From NCBI GenBank assembly GCA_963792415.1, contig CAWBVY010000008.1, positions 32,001 through 96,000 of the forward strand: a stretch of DNA of 64,000 bases. Reading direction: 5' to 3'. The stretch comes from Candidatus Deferrimicrobiaceae bacterium (GTDB taxonomy: Bacteria > Desulfobacterota > Deferrimicrobia > Deferrimicrobiales > Deferrimicrobiaceae). Below, one piece after another: positions 19,373 to 30,104 of the stretch; position 1 is the stretch's first letter, and every line of letters begins with the position of its first letter. Under the pieces are notes generated by a model, which was given only the letters and a program-made list of their open reading frames with translations, did not search any database and had not been told where the DNA came from. Both the position numbers and the translations under genes were made by a program.

Positions 19373-19616
19373 AATCGTTTACAAGAAATCGGTATACAGG
19401 GATTTGAAGAAATTCGACAAGAAGGAAGCATCCAACCTGTTGGATCAGATCGAAAACATTTTATCGGAGCACCCCGCGTCTTTTCCCGTCTTGAAAGGGA
19501 AGTTCTCCGGTCTGAGAAAATATCGTGTCGGGGATTACAGAGTTATTTATGTGATTCTCGAAGCGGACGTGGTCATACTTCGAATTGGCCACAGGCGAGA
19601 CGTCTATAAGAAATAA
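19362..19616 (+). CDS. relE: RelE/ParE-family type II toxin
   Basis: YKIVY...LKGKFSGLRKYRVGDYRVIY...IGHRRDVY; basic 84 aa; TTG start; AT-rich. Confidence 0.88.
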   Translation: MAYKIVYKKSVYRDLKKFDKKEASNLLDQIENILSEHPASFPVLKGKFSGLRKYRVGDYRVIYVILEADVVILRIGHRRDVYKK

Positions 19617-19667
19617 GCCGATTCATGAAATCGAACCGGTAGCGCCCGGTTCCGCCCTGTTTGGGTC

Positions 19668-21999
19668 CTACGACTCCGGGAGGCCGCGGTCCCCGGGGAG
19701 GAGCTTTACCTCGATCGGCCCCTTCGCGTCCAGGTGAACGTCCCGCTGGGGGAAGGCGATGACGATCCCCGCCTGGTCGAGGGCCTCGGCGATCCGGTGG
19801 CGGAGGTCGCTGCACACGACCCGGTTGTCCTTATCATGGGCCAGCGTCAGCCAGAAGAAGGCGCGGAACATCAGCGCGTTGTCCCCGAAGCTCTCGAAGA
19901 TCACCACCGGTTCCGGTGAGGCCAGGACGCGATCGTCCTCCCGGATGACGCCGAGGATCCGCCCGGACGTTTCCCGCGTCGGGGAGCCGTACGCCGCGCC
20001 CACGGCGATCTCGTAGCGCACCCTCTGGTCCGACAGCGTCCAGTTCGTCACCTTGTTCTCCATGAACTGGCTGTTCGGGACGAGCACCTCCACCCCGTCG
20101 AACCGCCGGATGTTCGAACTCCGCAGGCCGATGGACTTCACCCGGCCGAGCTGCCCCTCCATCTCCACGACGTCCCCCACGGAGATGGTACGGTCGAACA
20201 TCAGGATGACGCTGCTGATGAAGTTGCCGATGAGGTGCTGGGCCCCGAAGCCGATGCCGATGGCCAGGATGCCGCCGAAGAACGCGAAGACGGCCAGCGG
20301 GATGTTCACGAAGGTCAGCGAGAGGGGGAAGATAGGAGGAAGCGAGAAGAAGTCCCATTTCCTTTCCATCCGGTTCATGCGGGAGGCGGTCCTGCGAAGC
20401 GCCGGGCGGCGAGACGCTTCATCAGGTTCCCAATCTTCCGCGTTCCCCAGAGCCCCGCCAGCAGGATGATGAGCGCCTTCCCGACCTTCCCGACGGTGAC
20501 GCTGAACGGGCGGACGATCTTCTGACCCTCGATGACCGTCGTCTCTTCCGCCACGTAGAGTTCCGTGTTCCACAGCTTCCCGAAGACGGAGAGGAGGGAC
20601 TTGCCGGTCTCCCGGGCCCGGGCGGCCGTCGCGACGTGCTCCGACGCGGTAATCCAGGTCCTCCTTCCAGCGGGTGGCGACCCGTTCCACCTGGTTGATC
20701 GCCTGGACGACCTGCATCCAGAGGTTCTCGCGCTCCCGGTAGGCGGCGACCCGGGAGCGGACGGATGCCTCTTCCGCTTCCGATAGCTTCCCGGAGAGCA
20801 GCCTCTCGTTTTCGGACAGGACCAGGGGGCCGTACGAGAAGGCGGTTTTTCCGAACGCCTCCTTCCAGGAGCCGAGCCGCTTCAGCGCCTTGTCGACCTC
20901 CGACCGCTTTCCCCGCAGATCTGCCAGGTCCTCGACCTGATCCAGCCGGTACCGGTCCTGCCAGAGCGCTTCCTCGAAATTCACGATCTTGATCGAACCC
21001 TGGTAGATCCCGATTTTCGAGGACGCCGTCTCCAGCCGGATCCGTTCGGTCTCGCCGTCGGTTTTCGACCGGCCGGTACGGGCCTTCTCCAACGCCGCTT
21101 TCGCGGTCCCCTCCTCCTGGATGGCCGCGGCAAGGAGTTTCTCCCGGTCCTTCCTCGTCCCTTCGAGTTCCGCCAGCTTCCGGTCCAGATCCTCCCTGGA
21201 AAGAGGGGACTGGACCTCCGCGCTGCGGTACTGCTCCTCGAAGGACCGGAGTCCCTCCCGTTTGGACCGGATCTTCTCCGCCGAGAGGAGTTGTGCCACG
21301 TCCTCGGCGAGGGCACCTTCGCTGTTGACCTCGTTGCGGAGCCTCGCCAGGTCCAACTGCCGGCGCGCGCGGACCGCGCTCTCCTTCCCGGCGGATTTCT
21401 TCAGAAGGTCCTCCGCCTGGCGAAGCTGTTTCTCGGTCGCTTCGCGGGATTTCAGGAACGCGTTGAGGTTGGCCTCCCGGAGCCGCCCGCTGGATCTCGA
21501 GCGTGTCGATCTCGCTGCGCAGGGCATAGATGTAGTCATAGAGGTTGACCACGGCGGCGAGCGGATACGGAGGGGATCCCGAAAAGCCTTTCCACGCGGA
21601 CCGGCCAGGATCCTCAGGGACTTCGTGCCGCAGCGTCTTGAGGTCCTTCAGGGCCTGCTCGTGCGTTTCGAGCAGGTAGACCAGCTGGAGGTTCAATCGC
21701 CGCCATTCCGCGGCTTCGTCGGGGGTCGTGCCGGGACCGGCGACGTTGTCCTGTCCCGCCGCCGACTGGAGGTGAAGTTCGCCGAGCCTCTCCTGGATCT
21801 GCCCGATCTTCCTGTCGATCTCTTCATCGGTGGCTGGAAGCGACTTCTCCGCACCGGGGGATGCCCGCCCGTCGGCCTTCTTTTCCGCCGACAGCAGGGG
21901 ATTCTGCGCGCCGGTCGAAGACGCCGGGAGGAGCAGGGAAGACGTTGCGGTCAGGAACGCCAGGAAGGCGAGCGTTGCCGGATGCACGAGGCGGCGCAT
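19668..21999 (-). CDS. Large MscS/MscK-like mechanosensitive channel with coiled-coil periplasmic domain, frameshifted
   Basis: Signal peptide in ORF 20422-21999; C-terminal MscS core (GIGFGAQHLIGNFISS, VGDVVEM, VPNS, VTNWT, AFPQRDVH); frame breaks near 21485 and within about 20640-20390. Confidence 0.8.
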
Positions 22000-22002
22000 C
22001 GT

Positions 22003-23125
22003 CTATCCTTGCGCGGGCGGCGGTCCGGGAGCGGCCGGAGGGAGCGGTTCCTCCAAGTCGGGGACCGCGTTGCGGGACTCTTCAAGGACGAACAGCAGGA
22101 CGGTGAGAATCAGCGGGCCGAGGATCAGCCCCATGAGCCCGTAGGCGAACAGATCCCCCGAGGATGCCGACGATCAGCAGGGGCAGGGGCATGCCGGCTT
22201 TCCCGCCGATCAGCAGGGGGCGCAGCACGTTGTCGGCGTTGCCGACCACCAGGACGCACCAGAGGAGCAGCCCCACGCCCCAGGCGGTCTGTCCCGTGAA
22301 GAACAGGTAGAGGACCCCCGGGATCCAGACGATCGCGGTCCCCACGAGCGGAATCAGCCCCGAGAACGCCATCACGGTGCCGAAGAGGAGCGGGGAGGGG
22401 AGTCCCGCGACCAGGAATCCCAACCCCCCGAGGACGCCCTGCGCGATGCAGGTCAACCCGACTCCTTTCACCACGGCTTTCGTGACCATCCCGAGGCGGG
22501 AGATCAACTCCCGGGTCCGCTCCCGGGGAAGCGGAACCAGCGCGGGCACCTCGCCGAGCAGGGACTCCCCCTGGACGTAGAAAATGCCCATGACCAGCAG
22601 CGCGAGGATCAGGTTGATGATAAACGTCAGCACGTTCGCGAGGATCGAGGTGAGCATCCCCGTGACGGCGCCGATCCCCTTCTTCATCGCGGCGGGCACC
22701 GTGTTCTTCGCATCCGCGGCGAATGCCGCGACCTGCGGCTGGACCCACTCGACGAACCGGCCGAGAAGGCCCTGGCCCCGGTACGCGTCGAGCTTGTCCA
22801 GGAATTGCTGCGCCGCGTTGTCCTGACCCGCCGTCTTTTCGATCCAGCCGTAAACGTCCGTCGCCTGCTGGCCCAGGGCGCCGATCAGCCCCACGGCCGG
22901 GATCACCAGCAGGAGGAGGACCAGCAGGACCATCAGCGTCGCCGCCGCCCCGTCTCTCCCGCCGAGTTTCCGCCGGAGTCGCTCGTAGAGCGGGAAGGTG
23001 ATCACCGTCAGGACCGCCCCGACGCCGATGGCGGCCAGGAACGGCCGGGCGAGCTGGTACACAAGATAGGCGAGAAATGCGAGCAGGGTGCAGGCGATGA
23101 AGGGTGCGATCACTCTTCGATACAT
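22003..23125 (-). CDS. AI-2E family transporter, frameshift near 22155
   Basis: IPLVGTAIVWIP, DNVLRPLLIG, then shifted GLFAYGLMGLILGPLILTV...PPPAQG*. Confidence 0.85.
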
Positions 23126-23285
23126 GACGTGGTCCTCTTCCCGTTTTTTCCGGGGTGTAATGTATCACAGGAGTCGTTCCGGGGACGGGGGACGACCGGA
23201 TATTTTGCGTGCGATCAACGTGCTATGATTCGAGCTACCACCCCGTAGCGGGGGAGGAATATAACGGAACCGATGGGAGGAAACC

Positions 23286-23837
23286 ATGCGTCCCGCAGGG
23301 AAATGGTTTGCCGCGCTGGCCGTCTTCACCCTCTGCGTTCTTGCCTTCGCCGTGCGCCCCCCCGAGGCCTTGTCGGGGGACAGCTATCTCCTGGTGAAGG
23401 CGGGCGCCTACACTCCCCAGGCGAGCGACATGGACAACTTCGGCACGGGGGCCAACGTCGGTGTCGCGGTCGGGCATTACTTCCTGCCGTTCTTATCCGG
23501 CGAATTGGAGGGCGGCTACTTCGAATCCAAGGACGGTGGGGATAAGCTCAGCGTATACCCCCTGACCCTCGCCGCGCGGCTCCGGGTCCCCCTGCCGGTC
23601 GTCAAGCCGTACGCCATCCTGGGCGGAGGAGCCTATTTCACCACCCTGGACACCTCGGCCGGATCGAAGGATGACACCGCCTACGGGTACTTCGCGGGGG
23701 CCGGCGTGGACTTCAAGATCACGTTCCTCCTCCTGAACATCGAGGCGAAGTACCTTTGGGTGGAGCCGTCTTTTTCCGGGACCGACAGAAATGTCGAAGG
23801 CGTGGTAGTCACGGCGGGGGTGGGGGTGGAATTCTAG
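23286..23837 (+). CDS. Small 8-stranded outer-membrane beta-barrel (OmpW/OmpA-barrel-like)
   Basis: Signal peptide, VKPYAILGGG, ends GVGVEF. Confidence 0.8.
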   Translation: MRPAGKWFAALAVFTLCVLAFAVRPPEALSGDSYLLVKAGAYTPQASDMDNFGTGANVGVAVGHYFLPFLSGELEGGYFESKDGGDKLSVYPLTLAARLRVPLPVVKPYAILGGGAYFTTLDTSAGSKDDTAYGYFAGAGVDFKITFLLLNIEAKYLWVEPSFSGTDRNVEGVVVTAGVGVEF

Positions 23838-23927
23838 CGTTATCACCTTTTCGTTGGGAGGCGGGCGGGAACGCGAACCGAACACGAACACGAACGGTTG
23901 GACATTCCACTCCAAGGTGACGAAATC

Positions 23928-24731
23928 ATGAAGAAGTTGCGGGCGATGGTCTTATCGGTGCTGGCATTGACTCTCGCATTCCACGGGACGGCGGCCGCCG
24001 GCACGGTCCTGGACCGTATCCAGAAGAAGGGGGAACTGGTGGTGGGGATGTCCGGGGACCAGCCGCCCCTCAACGCCACTACCCGGGACGGGAAGATCAT
24101 CGGTCTCGAGGCCGACATCTCTTCGAGCATGGCCTCCGCCATGGGGGTGAAGCTCAGGATCGCGCGCATGCCCTTTTCGGAGCTGCTGCCGGCGCTTTCG
24201 GAGGGGAAAATCGACGTGATCCTGTCCGGCATGACCATGTCGCCGGCCCGGAACCTGAAGGTGGCGTTCATCGGGCCCTACTACGTCACCGGGAAGGCCT
24301 TTCTGACGAAGAAGGAGACGATCGCCTCGCTGAAGAACGCGGACGGCATCGATTCGCCGGAGTATGTCGTGGTCGCCCTGAAAGGCTCCACCAGCCAGGC
24401 ATATGTCGAAGAGGTTTTGCCCAAGGCGAAGCTTGTGACGACGAAAAATTACGACGAGGCGCTCGACATGGTCCTCCAGGACAAGGCCCACGTGATGGTC
24501 GCGGATTACCATTACTGCGTGGTATCGGCGGTTCGCTTCAAGGAAAAAGGGTTGACCACGGTGACGGCGCCCTTCACCTTCGAGCCCATCGGCGTCGCCA
24601 TGCCGGACGGGGACCCGCTTCTGGTCAACTGGATGCAGAACTTTTTCGTCACCCTGAGCGGATCCGGGGACCTGAAGAAGATGACCGAGCGCTGGTTCAC
24701 CGACGCTTCCTGGCTGAAGGAACTGCCCTGA
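23928..24731 (+). CDS. Polar amino-acid ABC-type substrate-binding protein (family 3)
   Basis: LDRIQKKGELVVG, DQPPL, LLPALSEGKIDVILSGMT, KGST, EPIGVA. Confidence 0.88.
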   Translation: MKKLRAMVLSVLALTLAFHGTAAAGTVLDRIQKKGELVVGMSGDQPPLNATTRDGKIIGLEADISSSMASAMGVKLRIARMPFSELLPALSEGKIDVILSGMTMSPARNLKVAFIGPYYVTGKAFLTKKETIASLKNADGIDSPEYVVVALKGSTSQAYVEEVLPKAKLVTTKNYDEALDMVLQDKAHVMVADYHYCVVSAVRFKEKGLTTVTAPFTFEPIGVAMPDGDPLLVNWMQNFFVTLSGSGDLKKMTERWFTDASWLKELP

Positions 24732-24751
24732 GCCCACAAGGAGAGGAAACG

Positions 24752-25357
24752 ATGAAACCCTTCGCGAAACGGTTCGTGCCGTTCCTGGTGGCCTGTTTCC
24801 TTCTGCCGGCCTCCTGCGCCACGACGAAGATGACGGATGTCTCGCGGGACGAGAATTACCGGGGAACGATCCGGAAGGTCGTCGTCGTCGGGATCTTCAA
24901 GGAGCCGGACACCCGGAAGATCTTCGAGGATGAATTCGCGGACCGCCTGAGGGCACGCGGCCTGGAGGCCATCGCAAGCCGCAAACTCGTCACCGACGCC
25001 GAAATGCCGGACAAGGATCTCATGATCCGGAAGATCAGGGAATTCGGGGCGGACACCGTGGCGGTGACGAGGGTGATGGACATGGAAACCGTGAAAAACT
25101 ACGTTCCGGGACAAGCCTATGCCATGCCGACGTATTACGGCTACTACGGTGCGTACTACAGTTACAGCTACCGGCCGGCGTACACGGAAACGAAGGGGTT
25201 CGCCTACATGGAAACGAACCTGTACAACACCGGCGACGAGAAACTGATCTGGTCGGGCCGCTCCACGACGAAATTGACCGAAACCCGGTATGAACTGATC
25301 CAGGCCTACGTCAAGACCATGATCGACGGGCTGGCGGAGGCCAAGCTGGTCCGGTAG
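24752..25357 (+). CDS. Lipoprotein of unknown function (DUF4136-like)
   Basis: Lipobox-like PASC; Tyr-rich stretch; ETNLY...LIWSG. Confidence 0.7.
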   Translation: MKPFAKRFVPFLVACFLLPASCATTKMTDVSRDENYRGTIRKVVVVGIFKEPDTRKIFEDEFADRLRARGLEAIASRKLVTDAEMPDKDLMIRKIREFGADTVAVTRVMDMETVKNYVPGQAYAMPTYYGYYGAYYSYSYRPAYTETKGFAYMETNLYNTGDEKLIWSGRSTTKLTETRYELIQAYVKTMIDGLAEAKLVR

Positions 25358-25400
25358 GACAACCGTTTCAGGAACGCTTGTTCGCGAGGGCCGGGGGACT

Positions 25401-25430
25401 GCCGTAACGGGCGGCCCCCCCTGTTACGGC
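25401..25430. terminator. Hairpin between convergent genes
   Basis: GCCGTAACGGG...CCTGTTACGGC. Confidence 0.5.
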
Positions 25431-25458
25431 CCTCCGCCATGCCGCGCGGGTGCGCCGG

Positions 25459-26925
25459 CTACTTCCCGGCCGGGGGGGACTCCGCGGATTCCACTCCGCG
25501 CGGCGGGCCGGTCGCCCCGGCGGTCAGTTTGTCCGCTTCCGTCACCCACCCCCCGCCCATGGCCTTGTACAGGTTGATCATGGCCTGGAACAGGACCCCC
25601 TGGTTCCGGGTGTAGCTCAGCTGGACGTTGAACAGCGTGCGCTGGGCGTCGAGCACCTCGAGGTAGCTGGAGTAGCCGTTGTCGAACCGGAGTTGGGCCA
25701 GCTCCACGTACTTCTGCAGCGCCTCCATCTGCCTGCCCTGGGCGGCCAGCTGCTCCCGCGTCCGGGCCTGGTCGGCGAGGGCGTCGTCGAATTCGCGGAA
25801 CCCCGCCTGGATGGATTGCCGGTACCCGGCCAGCGCCTGCCGCTGGATCGCCTCGGCCGCCTCGACGTCGCCGGCGATCTTCCCCGCGGTGAAGATCGGC
25901 ATGGTGATCGGGGCGCTGTAACTCCAGACCTGCGCGGGCCCGGTGAACAGGGTGGACAGGTCGGTGCTGGCGGACCCGTAGAAGCCGGTCAGGCTGATGG
26001 TCGGATAGTACGCGGCCTTCGCGACGCCGATCCTCGCGTTGGCGGCGATCAGGTTCTGCTCGGCCCGGAGGATGTCGGGCCGGCGCGCGAGCAGGTCCGA
26101 GGGGAGCCCGGCGGGGATCGCGGGGAGCGTCAGCTGGTCGATGGTTTTTCCCCTCGGGATCGGCCCCGGGTTTCGCCCAAGCAGGAAGGAAAGCCCGTTC
26201 TCCTGCTGGGTGATCGCCTTCTCGACCGCCGGGATGACGGCCATCGCCTCTTCGTACTGGGACTTCACCTGGACGTACTCCACCTCGGAGGTGAACCCGC
26301 TCTCGAACCGGAGCTTGAAGATGCCCAGCGACTCCCCGCGGGTCTTCGCCGTCTCCTTTGCGATCTCCAGCTGCCGGTCGAGGTCGAGGAGGTTGACGTA
26401 GGAGCCGGCGACGGAGCCGACCAGGGAGAGGATGACGGCCCGGCGGCCTTCCTCGCTCGCGACGAGTTCCGCGCGGGCGGATTCGGTGGCCCGACGGATG
26501 CGGCCCCAGATGTCCAGTTCCCAGCCGGCGCCGAGCACGGCCGAGTAGCTGTCGAGCGTGCGGTTGTACCCCGGGGGGAGGGTGTTTCCCGTCTCCTGTG
26601 TGGTCTGCTGGCGGCCCGCCGCCGCACTGGCCCCGACCTGGGGGAAGAGGTCGGCGCGGACGAAGCCGTACCGTCCGGCGAACTCATCAACCCGCGCGGA
26701 GGCGATCTGCAGGTCCAGGTTCTCCCGGAGCGCGCTGCCGATCAGGTTGTCGAGCACCGGGTCGTTGAACTGTCCCCACCAGGCGGTGTCGGCGACGTCC
26801 TTCGCCTGGGCGTCCGTCATGCGCCAGGCGGGGGGTGTGTCCACCGCGGGACGCACGTAGTTGGGTCCGACCGTGCATCCGCCGAGGGTCAGGGCGATCA
26901 CGGACAGGAGGATCAATTTACGCAT
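25459..26925 (-). CDS. RND outer-membrane factor lipoprotein (NodT/OprM family)
   Basis: LGGCTVGPNY lipobox, WELDIWGRIRR, LLARRPDI, LYKAMGGGW. Confidence 0.93.
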   Translation of the reverse strand: MRKLILLSVIALTLGGCTVGPNYVRPAVDTPPAWRMTDAQAKDVADTAWWGQFNDPVLDNLIGSALRENLDLQIASARVDEFAGRYGFVRADLFPQVGASAAAGRQQTTQETGNTLPPGYNRTLDSYSAVLGAGWELDIWGRIRRATESARAELVASEEGRRAVILSLVGSVAGSYVNLLDLDRQLEIAKETAKTRGESLGIFKLRFESGFTSEVEYVQVKSQYEEAMAVIPAVEKAITQQENGLSFLLGRNPGPIPRGKTIDQLTLPAIPAGLPSDLLARRPDILRAEQNLIAANARIGVAKAAYYPTISLTGFYGSASTDLSTLFTGPAQVWSYSAPITMPIFTAGKIAGDVEAAEAIQRQALAGYRQSIQAGFREFDDALADQARTREQLAAQGRQMEALQKYVELAQLRFDNGYSSYLEVLDAQRTLFNVQLSYTRNQGVLFQAMINLYKAMGGGWVTEADKLTAGATGPPRGVESAESPPAGK

Positions 26926-29900
26926 GGGGGCCGCCCTCCTTCCCGGCGGGATCTCCCGGCGGCGCGTGGTCTTTCGGACCCTCGTGCTTCCCGAACCGGA
27001 TGGCGAACCGTTCCATCACGTAGAAGAGCACCGGGATGAGAAAGACGCCGATGGCCGTGGCGACCAGCATCCCGCCGATGACGGTGGACCCCATGACCTG
27101 CCGGGAGATGGCGCCGGCGCCGCTGGCGATGGCCAGCGGCACGCAGCCGAGCATGAAGGCGAAGGAGGTCATCAGGATCGGCCGCAGTCGCAGCTTTGCG
27201 CCTTCCAGGGTCGCTTCCACGAGGGGCCGCCCCTTGTCGTACTCCATCTTCGCGAACTCGACGATCAGGATGGCGTTCTTGGCGGCAAGGCCGATCAGCA
27301 TGACCAGGCCGATCTGGGCGTAGACGTTGTTCTCCTGCCCCCGCAGCAGGAGGGCGCCGAAGGCGCCGGCCACGGCGAACGGGGTGCCCAGGAGGACGCT
27401 GAAGGGGAGGGACCAGCTCTCGTACTGGGCCGCCAGGATCAGGAAGACGCACAGCAGCGAGAAGGCGAAGATGACCGCCGGGGAGACCCCTTTCTGCGCC
27501 TGCTGCTCCTGGAACGACATCCCGAGGTAGTCGAACCCCATCTCCCGCGGCATGGTCCGTGCGAAGACCTCCTCCAGGGCTTTCATCGCCTGGGCGGAGC
27601 TGAACCCCGGGGCGGCCGAGGCGTTGATCTGGGCGGACCGGTACAGGTTGTACCGCATGGTGAACTCCGGCCCCGCGATGTTGCGGGCCGACGTGAGCGC
27701 CGAGAGCGGGACCGTCTGCCCCTCGTTGTTGCGCACGTAGAATTGCCCAACGGACTCCGCCTTGGTGCGGTACTCCCCCTCCGCCTGGACGTAGACCTGC
27801 CACTGGCGGCCGAACCGGTTGAAGTAGTTGACGAAGCCGCTTCCCAGGAAGACCTGGAGGGTCTTGTACACGTCGGAGAGGTTGACGCCCTGCTTCAGCA
27901 CCTTGTCCCGGTCCACGTCCAGAAAGATCTGGGGCACCGAGGGGAGGAACGTGGTGCTGACGCTGGCCAGTTCGGGGCGTTTCCGCGCCGCCTCCATGAA
28001 CTTGTTGACGTTCTCAGCGAGGAACGGGATGTCCTTGCCGGCCCGGTCCTCGAGGATGAACGTGACCCCTCCCGAAGTGCCGATGCCGGGGATGGCGGGC
28101 GGTGGGAAGGCGAAGCCGATGGCCCCCGGGATCTTCCGCAGCTCGTCGGAGATGTGGTCCTTGATCGCGTTGTACTGCTCTTCGGGTTTTTTCCGCTTCG
28201 CCCACTCCTCCAGGTTGATGAAGAAGAAGGTGCTGTAGGTGCTGCTGACGTTGCTCAGCATGTTGTACCCGACGACGGTGGCGCAATCCTTCACCCCCGG
28301 CGTCTTCCGGATGATCTCCTCGGCCGTCCGGGCGATATCGTCGGTGCGCTGCAGGGAGGCGGCGTTCGGGAGCTGGATGCCGGCGAAGAGGTACCCCTGG
28401 TCCTCCTCGGGGAGGAAGCTGGTGGCGATCGACTTTCCGAGAAATCCGGTCAGCACCACCACCCCGACCAGGAAGAGGAGGCTCACCCCGCTCTTCCGGA
28501 TCGCCAGGTCGCAGGTGCTGACGTACCCGTTCGTGGCCCGGCCGAAGAGCCGGTTGAACCCGTCGTAGAACTTCTGCAGGAGGCCGGTTCCCCTCACCTT
28601 CGGTTTCAGCAGCATCGCCGCAAGCGCCGGGCTCAGGGTCAGGGCGTTGAACGCCGAGAGGATGACCGAGACGGCGATCGTCACGGCGAACTGCTGGTAC
28701 AGCCTCCCCGTGATTCCCGGGATGAAGGCGGTCGGGATGAACACGGCGGACAGGATGATCGCGATCGCGATGACCGGCCCGGACACCTCCTCCATCGCCT
28801 TGAGGGCCGCCTCCTTCGGGGCCATGCCGTGTTCGATGTGGTGTTCCACCGCCTCGACGACGACGATGGCGTCGTCCACGACGAGCCCGATGGCGAGGAC
28901 CAGCCCGAAGAGCGACAGGGTGTTGATGGAGAAGCCGAAGAGCGGGAAGAGGGCGAAGGTCCCCACCAGCGACACCGGGACCGCCAGGAGCGGGATGAGC
29001 GTCGCCCGCCACCCCTGGAGGAAGATGAACACCACGATGATCACGAGGATGAGCGCCTCGAAGAGGGTGTGGACGATCTCGGTGATCCCCTCGGAGACCG
29101 CCAGGGTGGTGTCGAGGCAGACCGTGTAGTCCAGGTCGTCGGGGAAGCGGGTTTTCAGCTCTTCCATCAATTTCCGGGTGCCGCGTGCGGCCTCGAGGGC
29201 GTTGGTGCCCGGCATCTGGTAGAGGGCGATCAGCGCCGCCGGCTTCCCGTTGAGGCGGGTGTTCTGGCTGTACGTCTGCGCGCCCAGTTCGACGCGGGCC
29301 ACGTCCTTCAGGCGGAGGATGGAGCCGTCGGGGTTGGCGCGGACCACGATCCGGCCGAACTCCTCCTCGGTCTCGAGCCGCCCCTGCGCGCGGACCGCGT
29401 ACGTGAACTCCTGCCCCTTGGGAACCGGCTCCGCGCCGACCTGCCCGGCGGGGTTCACCTTGTTCTGCGCGTTGATGGCGTTGACGATCTCGGGGATCGT
29501 GACGTTGAGCTTGGCCAGCTGGTCCGGCTTCACCCAGAAGCGCATGGCGTACTGGCCGGCGCCGAACACGGAGACGCTGGCGATCCCCTTCACCCGGGTC
29601 ATCTGGTCGTTGATGTTGATGTAGGCGTAGTTGGCCAGGAAGACGCTGTCGTAGGTCCCTTTCGGCGAGTAGAGGGCGAACATGATCAGCGGGGAGGCGG
29701 TGGACTTCAGGACCGTCACGCCGTAATCGCGCACTTCCGTCGGCAGCTGGGACGCCGCCTGCCCTTGCCGCATGTACGAGAGCACCTGGTCGATGCTCGT
29801 GTCCGTCTTGACGTCGAAGTTGACCTTCAGCGTCATCTGCCCGTTGTTGGCGTTCGTGGAGTACATGTAGGCCATGTCGTCCACGCCGGACATCTGCTGC

Positions 29901-30097
29901 TCGATCGGGGTGGCCACCGACTGCTCGACCGTGAGGGCGTCCGCGCCGGTGTACGTGGTCGCCACCTGGATCTCGGGCGGGACGATGTTGGGGAACTGGG
30001 CGACGGGGAGCCCCGTCATGGCGACCGCACCGATGATCACCATGAGGATGGCGATCACCATGGCCACGATCGGGCGGTTGATGAAGAATTTGGCCAT
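26918..30097 (-). CDS. RND efflux permease, HAE1 (AcrB/MexF-like)
   Basis: FFINRPI, GLVVDDAIVVVE, AKNAILIVEFA, RLRPILMTS. Confidence 0.95.
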   Translation of the reverse strand: MAKFFINRPIVAMVIAILMVIIGAVAMTGLPVAQFPNIVPPEIQVATTYTGADALTVEQSVATPIEQQMSGVDDMAYMYSTNANNGQMTLKVNFDVKTDTSIDQVLSYMRQGQAASQLPTEVRDYGVTVLKSTASPLIMFALYSPKGTYDSVFLANYAYININDQMTRVKGIASVSVFGAGQYAMRFWVKPDQLAKLNVTIPEIVNAINAQNKVNPAGQVGAEPVPKGQEFTYAVRAQGRLETEEEFGRIVVRANPDGSILRLKDVARVELGAQTYSQNTRLNGKPAALIALYQMPGTNALEAARGTRKLMEELKTRFPDDLDYTVCLDTTLAVSEGITEIVHTLFEALILVIIVVFIFLQGWRATLIPLLAVPVSLVGTFALFPLFGFSINTLSLFGLVLAIGLVVDDAIVVVEAVEHHIEHGMAPKEAALKAMEEVSGPVIAIAIILSAVFIPTAFIPGITGRLYQQFAVTIAVSVILSAFNALTLSPALAAMLLKPKVRGTGLLQKFYDGFNRLFGRATNGYVSTCDLAIRKSGVSLLFLVGVVVLTGFLGKSIATSFLPEEDQGYLFAGIQLPNAASLQRTDDIARTAEEIIRKTPGVKDCATVVGYNMLSNVSSTYSTFFFINLEEWAKRKKPEEQYNAIKDHISDELRKIPGAIGFAFPPPAIPGIGTSGGVTFILEDRAGKDIPFLAENVNKFMEAARKRPELASVSTTFLPSVPQIFLDVDRDKVLKQGVNLSDVYKTLQVFLGSGFVNYFNRFGRQWQVYVQAEGEYRTKAESVGQFYVRNNEGQTVPLSALTSARNIAGPEFTMRYNLYRSAQINASAAPGFSSAQAMKALEEVFARTMPREMGFDYLGMSFQEQQAQKGVSPAVIFAFSLLCVFLILAAQYESWSLPFSVLLGTPFAVAGAFGALLLRGQENNVYAQIGLVMLIGLAAKNAILIVEFAKMEYDKGRPLVEATLEGAKLRLRPILMTSFAFMLGCVPLAIASGAGAISRQVMGSTVIGGMLVATAIGVFLIPVLFYVMERFAIRFGKHEGPKDHAPPGDPAGKEGGPHA

Positions 30098-30104
30098 GCC
30101 GGGC

